64,000 nucleotides of DNA from assembly GCA_902602695.1 (NCBI GenBank), contig CACKRO010000007.1:6127-70126 (forward strand), in the 5' to 3' direction. This document shows, piece by piece, positions 1 to 9,691 of the stretch. The stretch is from an uncultured Alphaproteobacteria bacterium. Its GTDB lineage: Bacteria > Pseudomonadota > Alphaproteobacteria > HIMB59 > GCA-002718135. Every line of letters begins with the position of its first letter. Positions within the stretch are counted from its first letter, which is position 1. The notes beneath the pieces are model-generated. The model was not told the DNA's origin. It saw nothing but the letters and a program-made list of their open reading frames with translations, and made no database searches. Position numbers and translations under genes: made by a program.

Positions 1-350
1 TCGTTTGCAAATAAAATAATATAGTCGAAAAATAACTGAGTTAATAATAATAAAATTATTAAAATAAAAATTATTAAAATATTAATGCTAAGAAGATTTA
101 ATATAATAATTATAACAGCAAATAAGCTAGGTAAAAAACCGTATACAACTATGTGAGTTGGTGGATTATTTTTTAAATTCCAGTTTATTGATCCAATAAA
201 AACAATTATGATTAAGCTATAGTAAACAACAAACTTGAGCAGAACTTCTTCCTCAACTATTAAAAAATAGTATTTATCTAAAAAAGTTAAAACATATGGT
301 ATTAATCCTAAATATGAAATTAGAAATTGAAAATTAATTTTTTTGGGCAT
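1..350 (-). CDS. DUF3429-like small integral membrane protein (C-terminal part runs off the window start)
   Basis: Own translation of the minus strand from ATG at 350-348: MPKKINFQFLISYLGLIPYVL...VFIGSINWNLKNN...ILLLLTQLFFDYIILFAN. It stays open to position 1 and contains several hydrophobic helices. It is absent from the supplied track because no stop lies inside the window. Confidence 0.45.
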   Translation of the reverse strand, partial: MPKKINFQFLISYLGLIPYVLTFLDKYYFLIVEEEVLLKFVVYYSLIIIVFIGSINWNLKNNPPTHIVVYGFLPSLFAVIIIILNLLSINILIIFILIILLLLTQLFFDYIILFAN

Positions 351-355
351 TTGGT

Positions 356-1231
356 ATGATTGAACAAAGTATCATTTTAGAAATTGAAAAACTTTTAGAT
401 AATAAAAAAATTATAGATAGCAAGTTATTATCAGACTCTTTTGGGATTAATTGCTTAAAAATTATCACAAGTGATAGTAAAGAGTTTATTGTCAAATATT
501 ATTACAAAAATAATGATGAATTTAATGCTATAAAATCAGAGACAGATAACCTTCTTTTTTTTAATACACAAAAGTTTAATCAATTTCCAAGTATTATTAA
601 CTATAATGAAAATTTATTAATAATGTCATTCATAAATAATGATGATGATCAACCAAACCAAACTAATGATGATTTATTAAATAGTATAATTTCTCTTCAC
701 TCAAATAAGAGTAAAAATTACGGTTTTAGTTTTGACACGCAAATTGGTGGTTTGAAACAGATTAATTCTAGTTCTAAAAATTGGTTAGAGTTCTATAGAG
801 AAAAAAGATTAACTTACATATTTGACTTAGTTAACAAAAATCAACCTATGGATGAAACTATTAACACTAAAATTGATTTATTAATTAAAAAGATGGATAA
901 TTTTATTCCCAACAAACCAATATCATCTTTATTACATGGTGACTTATGGGAAGGAAATATACTTTTTAAAAATAAAAAGTTTGTAGGATTTATTGATCCA
1001 GGATCTTTTTATGGTCATAATGAATTAGAAATATCTTATTTGAGGTGGTTTAACCCCAAATTTATTGATGAAAATTTTTTAGATAAGTACAATGATCACA
1101 TCAAGATTGATAAATATTACTTAGAATATGAACCAATTTATCAATTATATTATTCACTATTAAATGTTTATTTATGGGATAGAAGCTATATTGAAGATGT
1201 ACGTAAATTGCTGGAAAAAATTAAAATATAA
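356..1231 (+). CDS. Fructosamine/ketosamine kinase family protein (APH-like kinase fold)
   Basis: 291-aa ORF. Catalytic-loop-like LLHGDLWEGNILF and FIDPGSFYGHNELE motifs are typical of the fructosamine-3-kinase family. Confidence 0.8.
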   Translation: MIEQSIILEIEKLLDNKKIIDSKLLSDSFGINCLKIITSDSKEFIVKYYYKNNDEFNAIKSETDNLLFFNTQKFNQFPSIINYNENLLIMSFINNDDDQPNQTNDDLLNSIISLHSNKSKNYGFSFDTQIGGLKQINSSSKNWLEFYREKRLTYIFDLVNKNQPMDETINTKIDLLIKKMDNFIPNKPISSLLHGDLWEGNILFKNKKFVGFIDPGSFYGHNELEISYLRWFNPKFIDENFLDKYNDHIKIDKYYLEYEPIYQLYYSLLNVYLWDRSYIEDVRKLLEKIKI

Positions 1232-3117
1232 TGTGTGGAATTAATGGAATAATTTTTAAAACATCTAAAACTGATGTTTCAAAAATTCTTAAAATGAATG
1301 CACTTCTAGATCATAGAGGCCCGGATGATAGTGGATACATTAACCATAAAAATCTTTTACTTGGTCATACTAGACTATCTATAATCGATACATCAAATCT
1401 TGGTTCTCAACCAATGTCTGTAGATGGAAGATATTGGATTATTTATAATGGAGAAATTTATAATTATAAAACTTTAAGGAAAGAACTAATTCTAAAGAAA
1501 TATAAATTTTATTCAAATTCAGATACAGAAGTTGTCCTTAATGCATACAAAGAATGGGGTGTTGATTCATTTCAAAAGTTTAACGGAGAATGGTCTTTTG
1601 CAATTCTAGATAAAAAAAATAATGAAGTAATAATTTGTAGAGATGGTATTGGATATAAGCCTTGTTATATTTATGATAATAATAATTTTTTTGCATTTAG
1701 TTCAGAGATAAAAGCATTTTATGCATTAGAAAATACAATTGAGTTTGATAATAATAATTTAGGTATAAATTTTACTACTCTGAATAATTGCTCTAAAACA
1801 ATTTTTAAAAATATTAATCAACTTACACAAGGAAGGTATTTAAAGGTAAATCTAAATAACCTTGAAAAAAAGATAGTTAGATGGGATTATCCTCTTAATA
1901 ATTTACCAAAAATAAATTCAGGATTCAAAGAAAATGTTCATGATTATTTTGATCTTCTTTATGAATCTACAAAATTAAGATTAAACAGTGACGTAAAAAC
2001 TGGAACTTCACTGAGTGGCGGTTTGGATTCTTCTGCTATTTTCACATTGATGAATTTAATACAAAAAAAAGAAAAATTTGCTGAAGATGATTTAGATTTA
2101 AACCCAATTATAATGAATTATCAGGAAATGAAAACTAAAGAGGATGCAGTTCAACTATCAAAAAAATTTAAAAGAAATTATCAAGTAGTTGATTTTGAAA
2201 AAGTTACAGCTGATAAAACAATGGATCTTGTTTCATCACTTGAAGTAGTTGAAGAATACTTTATCCAGTTTGAGCTATATAAAAAACAAAAAGAAAAAGG
2301 AATAAAAGTTAGTCTTGATGGTCATGGGTCTGATGAGTTTTTGGGATATCCAAATTGGATACCAGAATTATCTGTAGATATTTATAATAGTATTGCGAAT
2401 AATTTTAAAACAATAAATAAATTTGGAAAAACTCAAAATATTAATAAATTTAAAAGATTATTTGGTCTAGGTGAGCAAGAGATTACTTCTATATCTTTCA
2501 AATCAGTACCCGACTTAAATTTTGGTTTTAAAAACTATCTAAATACAGGTAATTTTGATGGAAGTTATCAAATTATTAATGATGATTTAGAAAATTTAGA
2601 AAACTTTCCTTATGAATTGTGTTTTACTTATTTGATGTCTTATTGTGGTTGGTTTCAGTTTTTTTTAAATAAGTGGGATAGAGCGTCGATGTCAAATTCT
2701 GTTGAGGTTAGAATGCCTTTTTTAGATAACAATGTAAGATTATTTGGATTAGCATTAAGCAGTTCTAATAAGCTGAAAAATGGATTTACAAAATCAGTTT
2801 TAAGAGAAGCTTTTAAAGATTATTTTCCTAATACTATGTATACCCAACAATTTAAACAAGGTCTAAATATACAAAATATTGATTATGATAAAAATACTAT
2901 GAATTTGATTGCTGAAATCATTAATGAAACTAAATTTAAAGAAAATAATATTTTTCTTTTTAAAAATATTAATGATGATTTTATTAATAAACAAAATTTA
3001 GATAAAATATGGTTACTTTGTAAATATTATCTAATGATAGAAGGCTTTAAAAAAAAATATAATTCAATAAATATTAATTTAAAAGCTGAGGAGAAAAGTA
3101 ATCTATTAAATTCCTAA
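1231..3117 (+). CDS. asnB: Asparagine synthase (glutamine-hydrolysing), AsnB-like amidotransferase
   Basis: N-terminal MCGI (Ntn Cys2 glutaminase) and PP-loop SLSGGLDSS motifs. 628 aa. The start overlaps the upstream stop (TAATG). Confidence 0.85.
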   Translation: MCGINGIIFKTSKTDVSKILKMNALLDHRGPDDSGYINHKNLLLGHTRLSIIDTSNLGSQPMSVDGRYWIIYNGEIYNYKTLRKELILKKYKFYSNSDTEVVLNAYKEWGVDSFQKFNGEWSFAILDKKNNEVIICRDGIGYKPCYIYDNNNFFAFSSEIKAFYALENTIEFDNNNLGINFTTLNNCSKTIFKNINQLTQGRYLKVNLNNLEKKIVRWDYPLNNLPKINSGFKENVHDYFDLLYESTKLRLNSDVKTGTSLSGGLDSSAIFTLMNLIQKKEKFAEDDLDLNPIIMNYQEMKTKEDAVQLSKKFKRNYQVVDFEKVTADKTMDLVSSLEVVEEYFIQFELYKKQKEKGIKVSLDGHGSDEFLGYPNWIPELSVDIYNSIANNFKTINKFGKTQNINKFKRLFGLGEQEITSISFKSVPDLNFGFKNYLNTGNFDGSYQIINDDLENLENFPYELCFTYLMSYCGWFQFFLNKWDRASMSNSVEVRMPFLDNNVRLFGLALSSSNKLKNGFTKSVLREAFKDYFPNTMYTQQFKQGLNIQNIDYDKNTMNLIAEIINETKFKENNIFLFKNINDDFINKQNLDKIWLLCKYYLMIEGFKKKYNSININLKAEEKSNLLNS

Positions 3118-4166
3118 ACACATGGGTTGGGGTCTGATAAATGAATATCTTCAATCTCTTTTAAATCATCTTTTGATAAAGTTATATTAATACTATCTAT
3201 ATTCTCTTTGAGCTGATCCATTGTGGTCGCCCCAATAATATTACTTGTTACAAAGGGTCGATCATTAACAAAAGCATTGGCAAATGTAGATGGGGGTATA
3301 CCAAGTTTATGCGCAAGATTAACATATTGCTCAATAGCATTTTCCCCTCTTTCGGTGTGATGTCTTGAAAATCTTCTTGGCCAAAGAGTGTACCTTGCTT
3401 TTTTTGGATTTTTACCTCCAATATATTTACCACTCAATCTTCCTCCAGCTAAAGGTGAATAAGCTAGTAAGCCACAATTCTCTCTAATTGAAACTTCTGA
3501 ATTATGAATATCGAATACTCGATTAACTAAACTATAAACATTCTGGATAGACATCATGCGTGGTAAATTTTTTTCTTTAGATAATTGAAGATATTTCATA
3601 ACACCCCAAGGTGTCTCGTTAGATAAACCTGCATATCTAATTTTTCCTGCTTTAACAAGCTGATCTAAATTATATAAAACTTCTTCAACGGTAGTCCAAT
3701 CATTATCACTAGCATCGTATTCAAAATCTAAAATTCCAAATTTTGGAACTTTTCTCTCAGGCCAATGTAATTGGTATAAATCAATATAATCAGTCTTTAA
3801 TCTTTTAAGGCTTGCATCTATTGCAGCATTCAGATTTTTTTTATCAAAACCAAGTGTTTTTGATCCCTTTCTAATCCACTCAAGACCATCTGATTTAGAG
3901 GCTATTTTTGAGGCTAGAATTATTTTGTCTCTGTTTTTCTTTTCTTGAAACCAATTACCAACTATCTCTTCAGTTTTACCATAAGTTTCTTTTCTAGGCA
4001 TGACTGCGTATAGCTCTGCAGTATCAAAAAAATTCACTCCTCTTTCAACAGCATAATCCATTTGATCGAAACCATCTTGTTGGCTGTTTTGTTCACCAAA
4101 AGTCATTGTACCTAAACAAATGACACTTACATCAATATCTGTATTACCTAGTTTTCTATATTTCAT
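3114..4166 (-). CDS. NADP(H)-dependent aldo/keto reductase (Tas/YajO-like)
   Basis: 350 aa. Motifs MKYRKLGNTDIDVSVICLGTMTFG, FFDTAELY and DLYQLHWP are typical AKR signatures. Confidence 0.85.
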   Translation of the reverse strand: MKYRKLGNTDIDVSVICLGTMTFGEQNSQQDGFDQMDYAVERGVNFFDTAELYAVMPRKETYGKTEEIVGNWFQEKKNRDKIILASKIASKSDGLEWIRKGSKTLGFDKKNLNAAIDASLKRLKTDYIDLYQLHWPERKVPKFGILDFEYDASDNDWTTVEEVLYNLDQLVKAGKIRYAGLSNETPWGVMKYLQLSKEKNLPRMMSIQNVYSLVNRVFDIHNSEVSIRENCGLLAYSPLAGGRLSGKYIGGKNPKKARYTLWPRRFSRHHTERGENAIEQYVNLAHKLGIPPSTFANAFVNDRPFVTSNIIGATTMDQLKENIDSINITLSKDDLKEIEDIHLSDPNPCV

Positions 4167-4184
4167 TTTATATTTTTGCCATTA

Positions 4185-5234
4185 TTACACGCAAGGGTTT
4201 GGGTCATAAAGATGAATATCTTCAATCTCCTGTAAAATATCATCAGTTAAAGTGATATCAATACTATCTATATTTTCTTTAAGTTGCTCCATTGTTGTAG
4301 CTCCAATAATGTTACTAGTTACAAATGGACGATCATTCACAAAAGCATTTGCAAAAGTAGATGGAGGTATGCCATGCCTGTTGGCAAGGTTAACATATTT
4401 TTCTATAGCATTTTCTCCTCTCATCGTATTGTGTCTATCAAAACGGTTAGCCCATAATGTAAATCTTGTATTAGGTGGATTTTTACCACCAATATATTTT
4501 CCACTTAATCTTCCTCCTGCTAAAGGGGAATACGCTAGTAAACCACAATTTTCTCTAATTGAAACTTCAGAGTTATGGATATCAAAAATTCTATTTACTA
4601 AACTATAAACATTTTGAATAGACATCATCCTGGGAAGATTTTTTTCTTCTGATAATTTCATATATTTCATTACGCCCCAGGGTGTTTCATTAGATACGCC
4701 TATGTGCCTAACTTTACCTTGTTTAATTAAGTCTTGGAGACAATATAAAACTTCTTCTAACTCAACCCATGAATCTTCAGGATCATATTCAAAATCTAAT
4801 TTTCCAAATTTTGGAACCTTTCTCTCTGGTGCGTGAAGTTGGTATAGATCAATATAATCAGTTTTTAATCTCTTAAGACTACAATCAATTGCAGAATTAA
4901 TATTTTTTTTATCAAAAATGAGATTGGGTCCTCCATCTCTTATCCAGCTGTTACCTTCGCTTTTTGCACAAATTTTAGTTGCTAAAATTACGTCTTTTCT
5001 TTTATCGTTTTGAGCAAACCAATTACCAATAATCTCCTCTGTTTTGCCATAGGTTTCGGCTCTGGTTGGTATGGAATAAACCTCAGCTGTATCAAAAAAA
5101 TTAACTCCTCTTTCAAAAGCATAGTCCATTTGTTTAAAGCCATCATCCTGATTGTTTTGTTCTCCCCAGGTCATGGTACCAAGACAAATAACGCTTACGT
5201 CTAAATTTGTGATCCCTAGTTTTCTATACTTCAT
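4185..5234 (-). CDS. NADP(H)-dependent aldo/keto reductase, tandem paralogue of 3114..4166
   Basis: 349 aa, collinear with the neighbouring AKR. It shares long identical peptide blocks such as EKNLPRMMSIQNVYSLVNR and FDIHNSEVSIRENCGLLAYSPLAGGRLSGKYIGGKNP. Confidence 0.85.
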   Translation of the reverse strand: MKYRKLGITNLDVSVICLGTMTWGEQNNQDDGFKQMDYAFERGVNFFDTAEVYSIPTRAETYGKTEEIIGNWFAQNDKRKDVILATKICAKSEGNSWIRDGGPNLIFDKKNINSAIDCSLKRLKTDYIDLYQLHAPERKVPKFGKLDFEYDPEDSWVELEEVLYCLQDLIKQGKVRHIGVSNETPWGVMKYMKLSEEKNLPRMMSIQNVYSLVNRIFDIHNSEVSIRENCGLLAYSPLAGGRLSGKYIGGKNPPNTRFTLWANRFDRHNTMRGENAIEKYVNLANRHGIPPSTFANAFVNDRPFVTSNIIGATTMEQLKENIDSIDITLTDDILQEIEDIHLYDPNPCV

Positions 5235-5304
5235 ACTATTTTTATAAAATGCCTTGAAATTGTCGGATTTATAGCGATATTAGTAATAATTAAAAGGAGA
5301 AATT

Positions 5305-6057
5305 ATGGCTTTAGACTTTAATCAACGATCTTATACTAAATCAGTAGATCAGGCAGCAATTGATGAAGGCTTGAGAGCGTATATGCTTAAAGTCTACAAT
5401 TATATGACAATTGGCTTATTACTTACTGGATTTATTGCTTACTTTTTTGGAAAAGCATCGATAGTTACAAACGAGATAGGTCAAATTGTAGGAGTAACTC
5501 AAGTTGGTGCATTACTTTTTGGATCTCCACTCAAATGGGTTATTATGCTAGCTCCACTAGGGTTTGTATTTTATTTAAGTGCCAGAATCAATAGGATGTC
5601 AGTTTCTGCTGCACAGATAACTTTCTGGTTATTTGCAAGTATAATGGGACTATCTCTTGCCTCAGTATTTATTGAGTTTACTCAAACATCTATTGCTAGA
5701 GTATTTTTTATTACAGCAAGTACATTCGGAGCAATGAGTTTGTATGGATACACAACAAAAAGAGACTTAACAAAACTTGGTGGTTTCTTGTTTATGGGAC
5801 TAATTGGTATTATTATTGCAAGCGTTGTTAATATCTTTGTTGGATCAACAGCATTGCAGTTTGCGATCTCGGTTATTGGTGTTCTAGTTTTTGTTGGACT
5901 AACAGCATACGATACACAAAACATAAAAAATATGTATTATGGTGGTGATAGTGAAGAAATAGGGTCAAAAAAAGCATTAATGGGTGCACTAAAATTGTAT
6001 TTGGACTTCATTAACTTATTCATTTTATTGCTACAATTATTTGGTCAAAGAAGATAA
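5305..6057 (+). CDS. BAX inhibitor-1/YccA family membrane protein
   Basis: 250 aa with about 7 hydrophobic helices. The LRAYMLKVYNYMTIGLLLTG start and YLDFINLF C-terminal region are typical of the BI-1/YccA family. AAAGGAG Shine-Dalgarno element upstream. Confidence 0.85.
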   Translation: MALDFNQRSYTKSVDQAAIDEGLRAYMLKVYNYMTIGLLLTGFIAYFFGKASIVTNEIGQIVGVTQVGALLFGSPLKWVIMLAPLGFVFYLSARINRMSVSAAQITFWLFASIMGLSLASVFIEFTQTSIARVFFITASTFGAMSLYGYTTKRDLTKLGGFLFMGLIGIIIASVVNIFVGSTALQFAISVIGVLVFVGLTAYDTQNIKNMYYGGDSEEIGSKKALMGALKLYLDFINLFILLLQLFGQRR

Positions 6058-6088
6058 TTCTTTTAAAACCCAAATATCTTTTTATTAT

Positions 6089-6117
6089 ACCCAGTCTTTT
6101 AAAGACTGGGTTTTTTT
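6089..6117 (+). terminator. Rho-independent terminator after the BI-1 gene
   Basis: Stem ACCCAGTC(TT) / (AA)GACTGGGT followed by T7 (6111-6117), ending immediately before the next ATG. Confidence 0.7.
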
Positions 6118-7923
6118 ATGTCTAACTTAGAAAATAAACTTAAAAAAATTATTGATACATTCAACAATGTAAATAAGGAAATTGCTTTCAAGGATATTAA
6201 AAAATTATCTGAAAAATATAATAAAAATATAAGCGTTCAAAATATTTTGTATCAAATATCTATGAAAGTTGGTGACATAGATACATCTATTAATGCTTTA
6301 AAAAAAATTTTGTTCATCGATAAAAATAACATTTCATATCTTTCTCAATTATATAAATTACTTCTAGGAAAAGGTTTGCTTGATCAGTCGTTAGAAAAAA
6401 TTAATTCTATACTTGAAAAAGATAATAGAAATTATGACGCTTTACGTGACAAATCCTATATTTATTTTTTAAAGAAAGATTATATTGAAGCAAAGAAATA
6501 CATTGAGAATATTTCAAACTTAAAAGATGACGATTACTTTGGTTACAATATTAAAGGCTTGATATATCTTAAAAATAATTTTTTTGAGGAAGCTAAAAAT
6601 TTCTTTAATACAGCTTTAAAAATAAATGATCAGTATATAGATAGCTACAATAATTTAGGCGCTTGTTTACTTGAGTTAGAAAAACTTGATGAAGCAAAAA
6701 AAATCTTCAATAGCGCGTATGACCTTGATAAAAAAAATGTATCAACCCTAATAAATTTAGCTAATGTACTAAGCCTTCAAGATAATATTGTTGAGGCAGT
6801 GAATCATTATAATGAAGCTTTAAGTTTAGAACCAAATAATCAAGAAATTATTTCAAATTTAGCTATATGCTACTGCAGAGATAATAAAGAAAAAGAAGCA
6901 AAAATATTCTACAATAAAGCAATAAAAATTAATCCGTATGATTACAAATTAATGTATGCGTATTGTACATTACAACTAAAAATAAATAATTTTGATGATT
7001 CTTGGGAATTATTTGATTCACGATTATTAATAGAAAAAAATAAAGACAAGTTAAGCAATTTTGATTTGATTAAAAAAAATTTATTTAAAAATTTAACTAT
7101 TAATCAAGATGATAAATTACTTGTTTTAAGAGAACAAGGAATAGGTGAGGAAGTTTTGTTTAGTTCAATATATCCTGATATTATAAATAAATTTAAAAAT
7201 CTTAAAATAGAAGCCGATAAAAGATTAGTATCTATTTTTAATCGATCATTTGGAAAAGAAATATTTGTAGAAGATGGGTATTACTCAAAAAATTCTAGTG
7301 TATCTGATTTTGATAAAATTATATATGCAGGAAGTTTAATCAAATTTTTCAGAAAAAATAAAAGTGATTTTGATTATATTCATTATTTAACTGCAAGAGA
7401 AGATATTGTTCATAACTACAAAGAAAAACTAAACAATCATAAAGATAAGTTGAAAATAGGTATATCTTGGAAAAGTGTTGTAAATATTTACGGTAGTTTG
7501 AAATCATTATCAATTAAAGATTTTGAGCCATTGTTTATGGGCAACAGATTAATTATTAATTTACAATATGGAGATATTGATTCAGATAAAAAATATATAT
7601 TTGAGCAAAACAAATACTTGGAAGTGTTTAGCGATTTAGATTTATTTAATGATATCGAGTCATGTATGGGATTACTGAAAAATTTAGATTTATTTATTAC
7701 TGTAAGTAATTCAACAGCACATTTTGCCGGAGCCTTAGGTATACCAACAATACTAATTTGCCCAAAAAAATCATCTATTTATTACTATTGGAATACGCAA
7801 ACTGGTTCTTCAATTTGGTATAAAAACATAAAAGTTTTAGGAGTCGAAAAATCAATTAATGAGACAGTTAATGCAATTAATAATATTTTAGAAAAAGGAA
7901 ATGAATTTAGATTTTCAAATTAA
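6118..7923 (+). CDS. TPR-repeat protein with C-terminal GT9-like (GT-B, heptosyltransferase-like) domain
   Basis: 601 aa. The N-terminal half has repeated TPR-like A/Y/L patterns (AKKIFNSAYDLDKKN, AVNHYNEALSLEPNN). The C-terminal half has LLVLREQGIGEEVL, IGISWKS and VSNSTAHFAGALGIPTILICP, which resemble GT9 motifs. Confidence 0.7.
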   Translation: MSNLENKLKKIIDTFNNVNKEIAFKDIKKLSEKYNKNISVQNILYQISMKVGDIDTSINALKKILFIDKNNISYLSQLYKLLLGKGLLDQSLEKINSILEKDNRNYDALRDKSYIYFLKKDYIEAKKYIENISNLKDDDYFGYNIKGLIYLKNNFFEEAKNFFNTALKINDQYIDSYNNLGACLLELEKLDEAKKIFNSAYDLDKKNVSTLINLANVLSLQDNIVEAVNHYNEALSLEPNNQEIISNLAICYCRDNKEKEAKIFYNKAIKINPYDYKLMYAYCTLQLKINNFDDSWELFDSRLLIEKNKDKLSNFDLIKKNLFKNLTINQDDKLLVLREQGIGEEVLFSSIYPDIINKFKNLKIEADKRLVSIFNRSFGKEIFVEDGYYSKNSSVSDFDKIIYAGSLIKFFRKNKSDFDYIHYLTAREDIVHNYKEKLNNHKDKLKIGISWKSVVNIYGSLKSLSIKDFEPLFMGNRLIINLQYGDIDSDKKYIFEQNKYLEVFSDLDLFNDIESCMGLLKNLDLFITVSNSTAHFAGALGIPTILICPKKSSIYYYWNTQTGSSIWYKNIKVLGVEKSINETVNAINNILEKGNEFRFSN

Positions 7924-9691
7924 TAATCTTCTTAGAAAGTTTGAATCTGGGAACAAACTGGATAGTTACAGAGAATTATTAAAAATTTTTAAAAAAAATA
8001 AAGATGATAATTTATTACGTTACAATTTGGCAGTAATTCAGCAAAAACTTAATTTAAATGAGGAGGCAAAGATTAACTACAATTATTTAATTAAGTTTGA
8101 AAAAAATATAAAGGCTATGATTAATCTTTATAATATTTTTTTCTCGGAAGAAAAATACTACGAAGCATTAAATATAATAGATAATATATTAAAAATTCAA
8201 CAAATTGAAAACGTTCACAAAGACAAAGCTTTTGCATGTTTAAAATTAAACAATATTAAAATTTCTCGAGAAATATGTGAATATTATCTTAGTAAAAATA
8301 GCAAAGATTTAATTGCTCTTAATATTTCAGGTCAGTGTTCCTTTGCTGAAGGAGATAATAAAATGGCTATAAAAATCTTTAATAATATCTTAGAATTTGA
8401 TCCTAATAATTTATCTGCACTAAATTCATTAGGTAGAATTTATCATGAGGAACGTGACACAAAAAATGCAGAAAAGTTTTTTTTATTAGCATTAGAAAGA
8501 GATAGATATTCTTACCATATTGTAAATAATATTGCTGGTTTTTATAGAGAAGAAGGAAAAAATGATCAAGCTGTATATTATTATAAAAAAGCCATTAATC
8601 TAAATCCAAACAATCCATATGTTTATAATAATTTATCAAAAACTTTTTTTGATTTAGGCATTAATGAAGATGCAAAAGATAATAGTTTCAAAGCATTAAA
8701 GATAAAACCAGATGATGGTGATATACAAAAAACATTGTCATTTATTTATTTAAAAGATCATGATTTTGAAAAAGGTTGGGATTATTTTGATGGAAGACTA
8801 AAGTTGAATGAATTTGTTAAAAGGAATAAAAATATTGAAAGATTAAATAAAAAACTATTTAGAAAAAAAATTTTAAATAACTCTAAAAATAAATTTTTAG
8901 TTGTAAGAGAACAGGGTGTTGGAGATGAAATTCTTTATGGTTCAATGTATGGCGATCTTTTAAAAACATTAGAAAATGTTACTATAGAATGTGATCCAAG
9001 ATTATTAAATTTATTTAAAAGATCTTTTTCAAAATATAGTAATAGTTTTGTTGAGCTTGGAAGTATTTCAAATGATGATTATGAATTAGAAAAAATTGAT
9101 TATGTTTTGTATGCTGGAAGCTTAGGTAGATATTATCGTAAAAGATTAGAAAATTTTATTAATGAACCATTCCTAAAAATAGACCAAAAAAAATATACAG
9201 ATATACAAAGTAAGTTATCTAAATATGATAATAAATATAATATTGGAATTTCATGGAAAAGTTTTAATAATAGATACGCATCTGATAAATCATTAGAGTT
9301 AGATGACTTTAAGGACGTATTTAACTTACCAAATTGTAATGTTTTTAATTTACAATACGGTAATGTTTTAGATGAGATTAATAACTTTAATAGTAAGAAA
9401 AATAAACTTTTGAAGATTGAAAATCTAGATCTTTATAATGATTTCGAAGGTGTAGCTGCATTTTTAAAATCACTAGACATGTTTGTAACTATAAGTAACA
9501 GTACTGCGCATCTTGCTGGATCACTGGGCGTCAAAACAATATTAATAAAGCCAGATAACTATGCACTATTTCATTATTGGAATCAAAAAAACAACAAAAC
9601 ACCTTGGTATAATTGTGTTGAATTAATTGATAGAGAGAGTTTTTTAAAGGGATCTACAAATTTAGAAAGTTATTTAAAATCTATGGTTTAA
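7901..9691 (+). CDS. TPR-repeat protein with C-terminal GT9-like domain (diverged paralogue of 6118..7923)
   Basis: 596 aa with the same architecture: FLVVREQGVGDEILYGS, IGISWKS, ISNSTAHLAGSLGVKTILIKP. It overlaps the upstream gene by 23 nt. Confidence 0.7.
   Translation: MNLDFQINNLLRKFESGNKLDSYRELLKIFKKNKDDNLLRYNLAVIQQKLNLNEEAKINYNYLIKFEKNIKAMINLYNIFFSEEKYYEALNIIDNILKIQQIENVHKDKAFACLKLNNIKISREICEYYLSKNSKDLIALNISGQCSFAEGDNKMAIKIFNNILEFDPNNLSALNSLGRIYHEERDTKNAEKFFLLALERDRYSYHIVNNIAGFYREEGKNDQAVYYYKKAINLNPNNPYVYNNLSKTFFDLGINEDAKDNSFKALKIKPDDGDIQKTLSFIYLKDHDFEKGWDYFDGRLKLNEFVKRNKNIERLNKKLFRKKILNNSKNKFLVVREQGVGDEILYGSMYGDLLKTLENVTIECDPRLLNLFKRSFSKYSNSFVELGSISNDDYELEKIDYVLYAGSLGRYYRKRLENFINEPFLKIDQKKYTDIQSKLSKYDNKYNIGISWKSFNNRYASDKSLELDDFKDVFNLPNCNVFNLQYGNVLDEINNFNSKKNKLLKIENLDLYNDFEGVAAFLKSLDMFVTISNSTAHLAGSLGVKTILIKPDNYALFHYWNQKNNKTPWYNCVELIDRESFLKGSTNLESYLKSMV

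Noticed and set aside
6118-9691. I considered whether the two TPR/GT9-like ORFs are one gene broken by a frameshift.
   Set aside because: Each ORF independently contains a full TPR region followed by a full GT9-like domain with the same motif order, so they are complete paralogues.
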